DNA from: Candidatus Delongbacteria bacterium
GTDB lineage: Bacteria > UBA4055
Assembly (NCBI GenBank): GCA_016937995.1
Contig: JAFGVM010000089.1
Coordinates: forward strand, 1 to 54,749
Reading direction: 5' to 3'
Length of the DNA stretch: 54,749 nt
Part shown: positions 1-9,835 of the stretch, in pieces
Layout: each line of letters starts with the position of its first letter
Numbering within the stretch: position 1 is the stretch's first letter
The notes under the pieces: model-generated
Seen by the model: the letters and a program-made list of their open reading frames with translations, nothing else
Databases searched by the model: none
Told to the model about the DNA's origin: nothing
Program-made: the position numbers and the translations under genes

Positions 1-1
1 G

Positions 2-1957
2 TCAAATTTTTCTTCAGATGCAGGTAAAGATTACATATCTAAGAAATTTAATTTAAGATCAGTACCTCCAAAATTATACCGCAATATATATTCAAAAGCA
101 AAAGGTAATCCGTTCTATATGGATGAGATCATAATTTCGATCAGAGAAAAAAACGGTCTGATCAGAGAAAGTGACGGTACTTATAGTATTAAAAAGGGGT
201 TCAGGAACTTTGAAATTCCTGATAACATCAATGAGATAATACTTGCCAGGATCGATCAGATAGATGACAACAGCAAAAGGATCTTAAAGATAGCTTCTGT
301 TATAGGCAGAATATTTCAGGTGAATATTCTCAATCAGTTAAGAGAATTGCAGGAAAAGGCTACGACATTGAATTTGCAGGCACAATTATTCGATCTCGCT
401 TCGATGGATTTTACCGTGTTCGAACTTACCAATGACAACGAATATCTTTTCAAACATGCTATAACGAGAGATGTTGTTTATGAAACACTTCTTTTTTCTA
501 TCAGGAGAAAGTACCATGCTGAGATAGCTAATATTTATGAAGAAAATGCCAGTGATAATATAAAAAGTCTGTATGAATTACTGGCATTTCATTACAAACA
601 TGCAAAATTGAAGGATAAAGCAAAGCAGTATTTGCTGCTTTCATCCGACAAAGCGGAACAAAATTTTTCATATTCGCAGGCAATAAAGTATTTGAAAGAC
701 TACCGTAAGTTCAAAACCACAAATGAAGAAAAAGCTGTTTCATTACTCCGCGAAGCATCAATATTGAAGATACTGGAAAAAAGAGATCTGGCTGCAAAGA
801 TATGCGATAAGGTAAAATCAATATTCGGCAAAAAAGACTATTATTATGTGAAAGCATCAGTTCAGAAGGCCGGAATTTTAATGAAATCAAGTAAATTTGA
901 TGATACGATAGATGAGATAGAAAAATTAGGTAAAATATCCGATATCGATCTTTACTCAGAATCGCTTGCCTATCTTGGATACGGACAGTTGTTCACAGGC
1001 AGGATAAAAAAAGCTGCCAACACTGTAAAGAAAATTAAAATTCAGCTGGAAAATATAAAAGATCCGGCAGTAAAAGCTACCTCATGCAACTTCATTGGAA
1101 ATGTTAATCTGCATAAAAGAAATATTGATGAAGCACTTGTTGACTTCAGCAGGATGCACAAGATAGCGGTATCTGCTGATCTGTCCGTTCAGAAATTACA
1201 ATCACTACAGAATATAGCTGTCTGTTATGCAAACTCAGGAGAATACACTAAAGCAAGTGATTACTTTGAGAAACTATATAATGAGGCTATAAAGATACAT
1301 AACTATGACGCAATAATCGGAAGTATAAACAATATTGCTAATATCGCCTACGTTACCGGCAAGTATAAAAAAGCTGAGAAACTTGTAAACAAGGGGATAA
1401 AACTTGTAAATAGGTTAAAGAAATACAGTTACAAAGATGATCTGAAAGGATGTCTGTCCAACATTAAACTTGAGCAGGGAAAGTTTGATGAAGTATTGGC
1501 AATTTGTGATGAACGGCTTCAGGATGCAGAAATGACAGGAAATAAAAATAAAGTATCATTGATCAATGATATTCTCGGTGATACATATTTCAAAATGGAG
1601 AAAGTTAAAAAAGCACTCAGCATTTATTTGGAGAATCTAAAATTTTCTCAAAGCATCGGTGATAATGAGGGTGTGGGCCACTCATTTGGAAATATTGCAA
1701 ACTGCTATTCTGAACTCGATGAATTCGATAAAGCACTGGAATTTTATAACAAACAGCTAAAATATGCAAAGAGATTCAGTGACAGACAATCAGAGGGAAA
1801 AGCTTTACATAATCTTGCAGAAACATATTTTTATCGTATGTCTGATAAAAAGAACGGGGAAAAATTCTGCCGGAAAGCTATAGATATATACAAGGAAATT
1901 GACTTCAACTACGGTCTGGAAATAGCCAACGAGATGCTGTCTGATATTTTATCCTAA
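2..1957 (+). CDS. 3' part of AAA-ATPase/TPR protein (adenylate/guanylate cyclase-associated STAND-like family), 5'-truncated by window edge
   Basis: Frame is open from base 2 (SNFSSDAG...KAKGNPFYMDEII). It shows the GNPF motif, 'IILARID...LKIASVIGRIF', 'YLFKHAITRDVVYETL' and 'LAFHY', followed by TPR repeats. Any cyclase domain would lie outside the window. Confidence 0.75.
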   Translation, partial: SNFSSDAGKDYISKKFNLRSVPPKLYRNIYSKAKGNPFYMDEIIISIREKNGLIRESDGTYSIKKGFRNFEIPDNINEIILARIDQIDDNSKRILKIASVIGRIFQVNILNQLRELQEKATTLNLQAQLFDLASMDFTVFELTNDNEYLFKHAITRDVVYETLLFSIRRKYHAEIANIYEENASDNIKSLYELLAFHYKHAKLKDKAKQYLLLSSDKAEQNFSYSQAIKYLKDYRKFKTTNEEKAVSLLREASILKILEKRDLAAKICDKVKSIFGKKDYYYVKASVQKAGILMKSSKFDDTIDEIEKLGKISDIDLYSESLAYLGYGQLFTGRIKKAANTVKKIKIQLENIKDPAVKATSCNFIGNVNLHKRNIDEALVDFSRMHKIAVSADLSVQKLQSLQNIAVCYANSGEYTKASDYFEKLYNEAIKIHNYDAIIGSINNIANIAYVTGKYKKAEKLVNKGIKLVNRLKKYSYKDDLKGCLSNIKLEQGKFDEVLAICDERLQDAEMTGNKNKVSLINDILGDTYFKMEKVKKALSIYLENLKFSQSIGDNEGVGHSFGNIANCYSELDEFDKALEFYNKQLKYAKRFSDRQSEGKALHNLAETYFYRMSDKKNGEKFCRKAIDIYKEIDFNYGLEIANEMLSDILS

Positions 1958-2992
1958 AGAAATTTTTCCTTTATTATTATTAAAAGTACCGATCAATGCT
2001 GCTTCCTCGATACCTGCTGATCTGATATTGTCCAGAAGTTTTTCCGCCTTTTCTTCAGGAACACTGATTAGCAGACCTCCTGAAGTTTGTGCATCAAACA
2101 GTAGCATCAGATCGGTATATTCAAGTTTGTTTTCTTCTACTCTATCCAGAAAATACTTATAATTACGTTTCGATCCACCAGGGAAGAGAAACTGGTCGGC
2201 ATATTCTTTTGCCCCGTCCATCATCGGGATTTTTGAAATTTCGAGTTCAGCACCATGTTTATCACTGATCATTTCACTCAGGTGTCCTAACAGTCCGAAC
2301 CCGGTAACATCCGTCATTGCATTTACACCAATACTCACAGCCAATTCGGAAGCTGTTTTATTTAATGAGGACATGTACACAGCAGCTTTATCTATGTGAA
2401 TCTTTTCTGCCATATCACCCTTCCAGGCTGTTGAAATAACACCAGAACCGATGGGTTTGGTTAAAATAAGTTTATCTCCTGATCTGACAGTGTTGTTTCT
2501 TAATATTCTGTCAGGGTGAACAGTTCCGGTAACTGAAATACCGTATTTCATCTCAATATCTTCAATAGTATGACCACCAAGGATCACACCCCCGGCTTCT
2601 CTCATCTTATCAATACCACCCTGAAGTATATCAGAAAGCATGGCTTTTGTTACATGGCAGGAATCGTAAGCGACCACATTCATACCGGTAATTACTTTTG
2701 CTCCCATAGCGAATATATCGCTTAAACTGTTCGCTGCAGCGATACAACCATACGTATAAGGATCATCAACAACAGGTGTAATAAAATCAACGGTCTGAAC
2801 AATAGCCAGATCTTCAGATAATTTGTAAACTCCTGCATCATCACTTCCTTCAAATCCAACAAGAGTTCTATCATTAGTAGGAAACTTCAAGTCTCCGATT
2901 ATTATATTTAAGTCCTCCGGACTTACTTTGCCAGCTCAACCAGCCGCTTTGACAAATTGTGTAAGTCTGGGACCCTGCATTAGATCTTTCAA
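1949..2992 (-). CDS. selD: selenide, water dikinase (selenophosphate synthetase), selenocysteine-containing
   Basis: SDDAGV, TVDFITPVVDDP, ANSLSDIFAMG, GGHT, DVTGFGLLGHL and DAQTSGGLL motifs. The frame extends upstream through an in-frame TGA (2936-2938) as MKDLMQGPRLTQFVKAAG-U-AGKVSPEDL. TTG start at 2992 has an AAGGAAGGA RBS; ATG at 2980 is an alternative. Confidence 0.93.
2909..2925 (-). other. bacterial SECIS-like hairpin of selD
   Basis: UAAGUCC-GGA-GGACUUA: 7-bp stem with a G-starting loop, beginning 10 nt after the UGA. Confidence 0.75.
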
Positions 2993-3044
2993 CTTTTCTT
3001 TCCTTCCTTTTATTCACTTTTGTTCAGAAGCATATCTTGCATCT

Positions 3045-3656
3045 CTACGAAATCGTACAATAAACCTTCTTTGCTTTTATCTGTAGAAGTTTATTTTCTT
3101 CTACAACAATACCTGATAACTGCTTTCCGTATACACAACCTGTGTCCAGCCCGGTAACATTTTTACCATAGTATAGACCTAATTTACCCCAGTGTCCAAA
3201 ATATACATGCTTTTTACCTTCATACTCCTCAAACCAGGGTTTATCAATATCCTCAAGCATCCTTATAGAAACTAAAACATCCTTATCATTTTTCTCAATA
3301 GGTCTTCTCGGATCAAATCCTGCATGAACTATAATAAATTTTGGGGTCTCTATATAGTATGGAAGGTCATAGATCCAGCGGAGATGATCCTCGAGTTCAA
3401 GGCTTTTAAATATCTTGTTCTGTTGTGTTTTTTCTTTAAACGGGAAAGATCTCAGATACCAGTGTTCATGATTTCCCATCACAACTTTGGCATTCAGTTC
3501 TTTTAACAATTTTATACAGTTTATCGATTCGGGACCTCTGTTTATTACATCACCGACAGAGTAGATCTGGTCATTATCTGTTGGACCGAATTTTTCAATA
3601 AGATCACTCAGCTCCCTAAAACATCCGTGTATGTCACCAATTATCAATGTACGCAT
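3045..3656 (-). CDS. calcineurin-like metallophosphoesterase (ApaH/PrpE-like)
   Basis: GDIHG, GDVINRG, GNHE, HAG, GH and LDTGCVYG motifs. Confidence 0.88.
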   Translation of the reverse strand: MRTLIIGDIHGCFRELSDLIEKFGPTDNDQIYSVGDVINRGPESINCIKLLKELNAKVVMGNHEHWYLRSFPFKEKTQQNKIFKSLELEDHLRWIYDLPYYIETPKFIIVHAGFDPRRPIEKNDKDVLVSIRMLEDIDKPWFEEYEGKKHVYFGHWGKLGLYYGKNVTGLDTGCVYGKQLSGIVVEENKLLQIKAKKVYCTIS

Positions 3657-3721
3657 TTCATACCAAAGTTATTTCAAAAACTAATATAATTATTAATCAG
3701 GTGTTTTCTCAAGTATTAAAT

Positions 3722-3749
3722 AAAAAAAAAGCAGCCAATGGCTGCCTTT
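3722..3749 (-). terminator. intrinsic terminator after rpsT
   Basis: GCAGCC-ATT-GGCTGC followed by a T-run on the minus strand. Confidence 0.8.
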
Positions 3750-4022
3750 TTACAATTTAAAAATGATGATTTGCATCTTTTCAGCAAATTTCATTAACTT
3801 TGACTTCTTATTAGATGCATTATTCTTTTTCAAAATACCTTTTATGACCAATTTATCTAAAATAGATTGAGCTGCTATAACGTTAACTTTAGCATCTTCT
3901 TTATTCTCAGAATTCTTTACTTTTTTCAATGCTGTTTTCATCATTGATTTGTAGTGCTTGTTATAAGCATTTTGTTTTTTTGCTTGCTTCAGTCTCTTCT
4001 TACATGACTTATGATGAGGCAT
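3750..4022 (-). CDS. rpsT: 30S ribosomal protein S20
   Basis: MPHHKSCKKRLKQ...NKHYKSMMKTALKK...ILDKLVIKGILKKNNASNKKSKL; GGAG RBS. Confidence 0.95.
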   Translation of the reverse strand: MPHHKSCKKRLKQAKKQNAYNKHYKSMMKTALKKVKNSENKEDAKVNVIAAQSILDKLVIKGILKKNNASNKKSKLMKFAEKMQIIIFKL

Positions 4023-4071
4023 TTTTACTCCCTATTTTCGAAATTTTAGCTTCGCTTTCATTAAGCATCGC

Positions 4072-4100
4072 AATATAACGAAGTATGAAATTAATGTCAA
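4072..4100 (-). promoter_or_regulatory. sigma70-type promoter of rpsT
   Basis: TTGACA-N17-TATATT on the minus strand. Confidence 0.7.
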
Positions 4101-4121
4101 GCAAAAATTCAGGATAATTTA

Positions 4122-5870
4122 TTACAGTATCGATCTCTCCCCTTTTGTATAGGCCATTTTCCATGCTCTAAGAAAACTTTCCCTTCTAATGATTCCAATA
4201 AGTTTAGTATCATCTTCAATAGAAACGACCGGGATTCTTGCAATATCTGAATTTATTCCCCAGTTCATTATCTCATTCACAGTTTGATCAGGATATGCTT
4301 TCTTAAGTTTCTTTGTACAGATCTCATCAACAATGGATAAATTTTCACCTGAAGCTTTATAGCGATCATAGTCCGTATGAGTAACGATACCGACAAGTTC
4401 ATCTTTTTCATTGACAACAAGAAGGCCCATATGGTCTGTACTTTTAAATATTCCAGGCAGATCCTCGATAGGAGTTGAAGGAAGGATCGTTGACTCTATT
4501 TCCAACATAATATCCTCGACCTTTACACCAGTTGCAAGTCTGGCAGTTCCCATTCCGAGAATGTCTGTTCCTCTACGAATAAGTTTTTCTGTATAGATAG
4601 TTTCCTTGTTTATAAATCTGAACATTTCATTGGCTAATACAACTGTGATCATTACCGGAACAACAAGAGAATAATTCCTTGTCAACTCCAATATCATTAA
4701 AATACTTGTTATCGGAGCTCTTCCAACAGCAGCAAAGAAAGCTCCTCCGCCCACTATAGCATAAGTTCCGATATGTACATCCGGAAAGAAGAACTGGGCA
4801 ATATATCCGAATATTCCACCTACCATACCACCTATGAATAAACTTGGTGCAAAGACACCGCCACTACCTCCTGAACCGATAGTAGTTGCATTGGCAATGA
4901 TCTTCAAAAAAACCATGAAGAATAATATTTTTAGAGGGATAGTTCCGTCAATAGCCTGATCAAGACTGGCCATTGCTTTCCATGGAACATCACCATAACC
5001 TACACCCATGAGATCTTTCGAATAAAGGGCAAGAACTCCAACGATCAGTCCTCCGAACACAGGCATAAGCCACTCAGGTATTTTTTTTATGCTTTCAAAC
5101 AGGTCTTCTGAGAAATTTATTGCCTTTACAAAAAGAAATCCGATAAGAGCAACGGTCAATCCCAGTAAAACATATATAACAAGCTCTCTGCTGTCAGACA
5201 TAGCAGCAATGCCACTCATATTGAAGACAGAATCTCTGCCTAGAAAATGTATAGCGACAACATTTCCTATAACGGCACTGATAACGATAGACGAAAAACC
5301 AATCATTGCAAAACTCGGCATCAGGAGTTCATACGCGAATAGTGCTCCTGCTAACGGTGTATTAAAAGTAGCAGAAATACCTGCCGCAGCTCCACAGGCC
5401 ACTAATGTTCTTATCCAGGGAGTTGGCAATTTTAATATTTGACCTACAGTTGATCCGAGTGCCGACCCTATCTGCACGATCGGACCTTCACGGCCAACAC
5501 TTCCTCCGCTGCCTATACAAAGCGCAGAAGCTAAAGTTTTAACAACAACAATCTTCGGTCTTATTCTTCCACCTTTATTAGCCATTGCATCCATTACTTC
5601 AGGCACACCGTGACCTTTTGCTTCCCGAGCACCATAATAAATTACAAGTCCCACTAAAAGCCCACCTATTGCAGGAACAAAAATAAATCCCCAGCTACCG
5701 AATGTGTTTTCAAGAATTCCTCCAAGCAGATCAAATGCAAGGTATTGAACATAGAAAATAAGTTTTTTGAATAACAGAGCTCCGAATCCTGCACCTGTTC
5801 CAATCGTTACAGCAAAAACTACTGCCATCAAAAATGCATATTTACCGGCAAGTATTTTCTTCATTTTCAT
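4122..5870 (-). CDS. ClC family chloride channel/antiporter with C-terminal CBS pair
   Basis: GHGVP, GREGP (gating Glu) and GVFAP motifs, many TM segments, CBS domains. Confidence 0.92.
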   Translation of the reverse strand: MKMKKILAGKYAFLMAVVFAVTIGTGAGFGALLFKKLIFYVQYLAFDLLGGILENTFGSWGFIFVPAIGGLLVGLVIYYGAREAKGHGVPEVMDAMANKGGRIRPKIVVVKTLASALCIGSGGSVGREGPIVQIGSALGSTVGQILKLPTPWIRTLVACGAAAGISATFNTPLAGALFAYELLMPSFAMIGFSSIVISAVIGNVVAIHFLGRDSVFNMSGIAAMSDSRELVIYVLLGLTVALIGFLFVKAINFSEDLFESIKKIPEWLMPVFGGLIVGVLALYSKDLMGVGYGDVPWKAMASLDQAIDGTIPLKILFFMVFLKIIANATTIGSGGSGGVFAPSLFIGGMVGGIFGYIAQFFFPDVHIGTYAIVGGGAFFAAVGRAPITSILMILELTRNYSLVVPVMITVVLANEMFRFINKETIYTEKLIRRGTDILGMGTARLATGVKVEDIMLEIESTILPSTPIEDLPGIFKSTDHMGLLVVNEKDELVGIVTHTDYDRYKASGENLSIVDEICTKKLKKAYPDQTVNEIMNWGINSDIARIPVVSIEDDTKLIGIIRRESFLRAWKMAYTKGERSIL

Positions 5871-5981
5871 TATGATTTCTCATTAAATAATTGTCGTTTA
5901 ACTTTCTGTCGCAATGTAATGAAAGTTCCAATTAAAATCCATTTTTAATATTAAAATTTTTTAAAACCTTAAAAATAGACC

Positions 5982-6034
5982 TTGACAATTAGTTGATGCT
6001 GACTTACATTCGCTTTATTGACCGAGGGTCAGTA
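5982..6034 (+). promoter_or_regulatory. promoter and probable TetR operator of the efflux operon
   Basis: TTGACA (5982-5987)-N17-TACATT (6005-6010); inverted repeat TATTGACC-GAG-GGTCAGTA (6016-6034). Confidence 0.65.
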
Positions 6035-6040
6035 TATTAA

Positions 6041-6691
6041 ATGAGAGTTGGAGGTATGATGTTCTGCTCAAAAATGAAACTGAAAGAGATCGAGATGAAG
6101 AAAAAAGTTATTCTCGATGAAGCAAAGAAAATAATCAATAAAGTCGGTTTTAATAATGCAAAGATGATAGACATTGCAAAAAAAGTCGGTTTTTCTAAAG
6201 CGTCTCTTTATTCCTATTTCAAGGATAAAGAAGAGATCGCCATGAATCTGTTTAAAGAGCATTTGGAAAAAATGTATGAAAAGATCAAAGACCTACCTGA
6301 GCAGGAAATTACTGCTTTGGAGAAATTTGAAGAGATAAAAAAACTGCAACTTGGATTTATTAAAGACGGAAAAAATTTAATGATCATAAAACCGGATCTT
6401 AAAGAATTAACAAAAGTGCATATCGAGGTTTTTGAAGTGAGAAATAAACTTTTTAATGTAGTTAAGAAAATATTGGAGCAGGGAAAAAGAGAAAAAGTAT
6501 ATAATTCTGATCTTGATGTGGATAGATCAATGATCATCTTAGATTCTTTGATGACAGGAATTATTTTTAATGCTTCAATGCGGAAAAATGTAAAAAATGA
6601 TCTTATAGACAAATTTGAGATCGAGGATATGATAGAAAAAGCACTTGATTTTTTTGTCATGGGAATAACAAATACAAATGGAGCCAAGTAA
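6041..6691 (+). CDS. TetR/AcrR family transcriptional regulator
   Basis: HTH 'IDIAKKVGFSKASLYSYFKDKEEI'; true start may be the ATG at 6059 after GGAGG. Confidence 0.92.
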   Translation: MRVGGMMFCSKMKLKEIEMKKKVILDEAKKIINKVGFNNAKMIDIAKKVGFSKASLYSYFKDKEEIAMNLFKEHLEKMYEKIKDLPEQEITALEKFEEIKKLQLGFIKDGKNLMIIKPDLKELTKVHIEVFEVRNKLFNVVKKILEQGKREKVYNSDLDVDRSMIILDSLMTGIIFNASMRKNVKNDLIDKFEIEDMIEKALDFFVMGITNTNGAK

Positions 6692-9600
6692 ATGATTTTA
6701 ACCGAAACAGCTGTTAAACGACCTATTCTAACTACAGTGATCATCCTTGCGATTGCAATGATGGGATTTTTATCCTATTTCAACTTGCCGTTGAATACAA
6801 TGCCTGAAGTGGATATTCCGATCATTTCGATACAGGTGGTTTATCCGGGAGCTTCTCCTGAGGAAATTGAAAGCAATATTACAAAGAAAATTGAGGATGA
6901 AGTTTCCACCATTAGTGGTTTGAATTACGTGGAATCTTACATGATGGAGAATGTAAACATTACTGTATGTAATTTCCATACCTATAAAAATACTGATATC
7001 GCAAATCAGGAGATCAAAGACAAGATCGATGCGATCATCAACCAGTTTCCTGATGATGCACAACAACCGATCATTATAAAGTTCGATCCGAATTCCCAGG
7101 CGGTTCTTGACCTTGCTTTCGTTACAGGATTATCTGAGAAAGAATCATTTGATTATGTTGATAATAACCTGAAAAACAAACTTGCAAGGATCAACGGAGT
7201 TTCCAAGATAGAAACTTCCGGAGGTAGAAAAAGAGAGATCCACATAGTCCTTGATAATCATAACTTATCAAAATATATGCTGTCACCTCTGCAGGTCATG
7301 GGATACCTTGCAACCAATAACTTAAACTTTCCAGGTGGAAATATCTCAAAAGACGGTTCTGAGTATTCTGTAAAGATATACGGAGAGTATTCTGACATAG
7401 ATGATATCAGAAATATAAAGATACCTACGAGTTTTGGTACAAAATATCTGAAAGATATTGCTTCCATAGAGGATACACTTGAGAAGGAGTCCTCATATGC
7501 TTCCTATTATAAATACGGGGATGATGGAGAGCAGATCAACAAAGTAATAAAGATCTCAGTATTTAAACAGTCTGATGCCAATACTGTAGATGTTTCTGAA
7601 GGTGCTCTAAAAGAGATAGATGCTCTTAGAAAAAACCTTCCAGCCAATTCTGATCTGATAGTTGTAAAAGATGACTCGATCTTTATCAAAAATTCTGTAG
7701 ACGATACCATGTCCACTATTTACCTGGGGATAATCCTGACTGCATTGGTCCTATATTTATTCCTTCATAGTTTTAAAGTCACTCTGATCATAGCTATATC
7801 TATGCCTGTAACCCTTGTTTCAACTTTTTTATTGGCAGATGCTGCAGGATTTTCACTGAATGTATTTACACTTATGGCACTTTCTGTATCCGTAGGAACT
7901 CTGGTGACGAACTCTGTTATCATAATCGAAAATATCATTCGGCATATGAGACAGGGAGAAAATTCTGCAGGTGCATCGTATAAGGGAACCATTGAGATCG
8001 CAGTTGCTGTACTTGCATCAACTCTGACTAATATAGTTGTTTTTGTTCCTATGGCATCAATGGGATCACTTGCAGGACAGATGTTCAAAGAATTCGGCTA
8101 TATGGTTGTTTTTGCGATGATATTCTCTATTCTGATCGGTTTTACTGTGACTCCTATGCTTTCTACGACACTGTTAAGAAAACATAATGCCCATGAGGAT
8201 GACAAAAAAGGATTTGGCAGGATATTTGATAAATATTTCAACAAATTAAGAGATACCTACAAGGGAATACTCAATTTGATCATAAAAAATAAAGTTCTAA
8301 GAATACTTACTATGGCATCACCTTTTATATTTCTGATATTCACTTTTTGGTATGTTGCAAAAGTAAGTCCACTTGGAAATGAATTCTTTCCTCAGATGGA
8401 TGACAGACAAATATCGATATCAATTGAAATGCCTTCATATTACACTATAGATCGTAGTAAAGAAATTTTTGAAGATATAAGAAAGAGAGCTTTAGAATTC
8501 GAAGAAGTTCAAGATGCTTTACTTGAAATAGGTAAACTGGGTAACAGACAGGGGGGGTATCTTGGTACTATTTCTCTTAAATTACATAAAGATAAATATC
8601 TTGACCGCTCCACAAAAGATGTAATGGCATCAATAAGTAAGACTTTGCTTGATATTCCGGATGCAAATATTAAAGTAAAAGCTAAAGATGCTTTCAGAGG
8701 TCCGGGTGGTGATGCTCCAATAACTATTGAAGTATATGGTGATGATCAGGATAAACTAAGTGAACTGACTTATTCAATCCTTGACATTGTAAAAAATACA
8801 CCCGGAACAACCAATGTTGATTCTGATATCAGACCGGGTAAACCTGAGATAAAGATAATCCCGAACAAAAGAAAACTGAATGAATATGGAACAAATGTGG
8901 CAACTATTGCACAGGTCGTAAGGACATCAGTAGAGGGAATTACAGCTTCTAAACTTAAAGAAAAAGGTGTTGAATACGATATTTTGCTTACAATGGAAGA
9001 TACCAAGATCGATGATATTGATAAAATAGGAAATATTACAATTCTTACTCCAAGGGGTAATATTAAAATTTCTGAACTCGCTGAACTTGAATTCTCAAGA
9101 TCTCCTTCAATGATAACAAGAAAGAACAAAGCAAGGCAGTATAAGGTAACAGCCGATCTTACAGGGGAGAAGACAACCGGTGAAATAAATGATCATGTTC
9201 TTGCGGAAATTGATAAAAATCTTGTATTGCCTCCGGGATTCAGTGTAGGCACCGGTTTCATGGCTCAGATCCAAAGTGATATGGGTAAAGAATTCGGTAA
9301 AGCCGCCGGAATTGCTATACTTTTAACGTTCCTTTTGATAGCCGGGATCCTTGAATCATGGAGACAGTCTTTTCTCATAATGATTTCATTACCTTTATCT
9401 CTGATCGGTGTGATCTGGTCGTTGAAGTTATCAGGTATCGCAATGAATCTTTTTGCAATGATGGCGGGAGTTATGCTTATTGGAATCGTAGTTAATAATG
9501 CGATTCTGATACTGGATTATGCAAATCTGCTCAAGCGGCAGGGACAGACCGTGATAGAGGCTATAATTCATGCATGTCCAGAAAAATTAAAAGCTGTCAC

Positions 9601-9835
9601 TATGGCAACTTTGGCATCTGTTTTCGGAATGCTTCCGCTTGCACTGGGACTTGGAGAGGGAGGTGCTATGAGACAGGGTATGGGTGTTGTTACAATGTTC
9701 GGACTCATAGTTTCAGCGGTGTTGACAATGTTCGTGATCCCGGCTTTCTACGCAACCTTTGTAAATGATAAACACTTTGATAAGAAAAATGGTTTTGATA
9801 TAATTGAAAAAAATAAGAAAGAGGAAAATATATAA
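6692..9835 (+). CDS. RND efflux transporter permease subunit (AcrB/HAE1-like)
   Basis: 1047 aa; 'AVKRPI', 'YPGASPEEIE', two large periplasmic loops, 'MLPLALGLGEG', 'LTMFVIP'. Confidence 0.93.
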   Translation: MILTETAVKRPILTTVIILAIAMMGFLSYFNLPLNTMPEVDIPIISIQVVYPGASPEEIESNITKKIEDEVSTISGLNYVESYMMENVNITVCNFHTYKNTDIANQEIKDKIDAIINQFPDDAQQPIIIKFDPNSQAVLDLAFVTGLSEKESFDYVDNNLKNKLARINGVSKIETSGGRKREIHIVLDNHNLSKYMLSPLQVMGYLATNNLNFPGGNISKDGSEYSVKIYGEYSDIDDIRNIKIPTSFGTKYLKDIASIEDTLEKESSYASYYKYGDDGEQINKVIKISVFKQSDANTVDVSEGALKEIDALRKNLPANSDLIVVKDDSIFIKNSVDDTMSTIYLGIILTALVLYLFLHSFKVTLIIAISMPVTLVSTFLLADAAGFSLNVFTLMALSVSVGTLVTNSVIIIENIIRHMRQGENSAGASYKGTIEIAVAVLASTLTNIVVFVPMASMGSLAGQMFKEFGYMVVFAMIFSILIGFTVTPMLSTTLLRKHNAHEDDKKGFGRIFDKYFNKLRDTYKGILNLIIKNKVLRILTMASPFIFLIFTFWYVAKVSPLGNEFFPQMDDRQISISIEMPSYYTIDRSKEIFEDIRKRALEFEEVQDALLEIGKLGNRQGGYLGTISLKLHKDKYLDRSTKDVMASISKTLLDIPDANIKVKAKDAFRGPGGDAPITIEVYGDDQDKLSELTYSILDIVKNTPGTTNVDSDIRPGKPEIKIIPNKRKLNEYGTNVATIAQVVRTSVEGITASKLKEKGVEYDILLTMEDTKIDDIDKIGNITILTPRGNIKISELAELEFSRSPSMITRKNKARQYKVTADLTGEKTTGEINDHVLAEIDKNLVLPPGFSVGTGFMAQIQSDMGKEFGKAAGIAILLTFLLIAGILESWRQSFLIMISLPLSLIGVIWSLKLSGIAMNLFAMMAGVMLIGIVVNNAILILDYANLLKRQGQTVIEAIIHACPEKLKAVTMATLASVFGMLPLALGLGEGGAMRQGMGVVTMFGLIVSAVLTMFVIPAFYATFVNDKHFDKKNGFDIIEKNKKEENI

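Noticed and set aside
1949-1957. 9-nt convergent overlap of the TPR gene and selD
   Set aside because: Short tail-to-tail overlaps are common; no evidence of a functional link.
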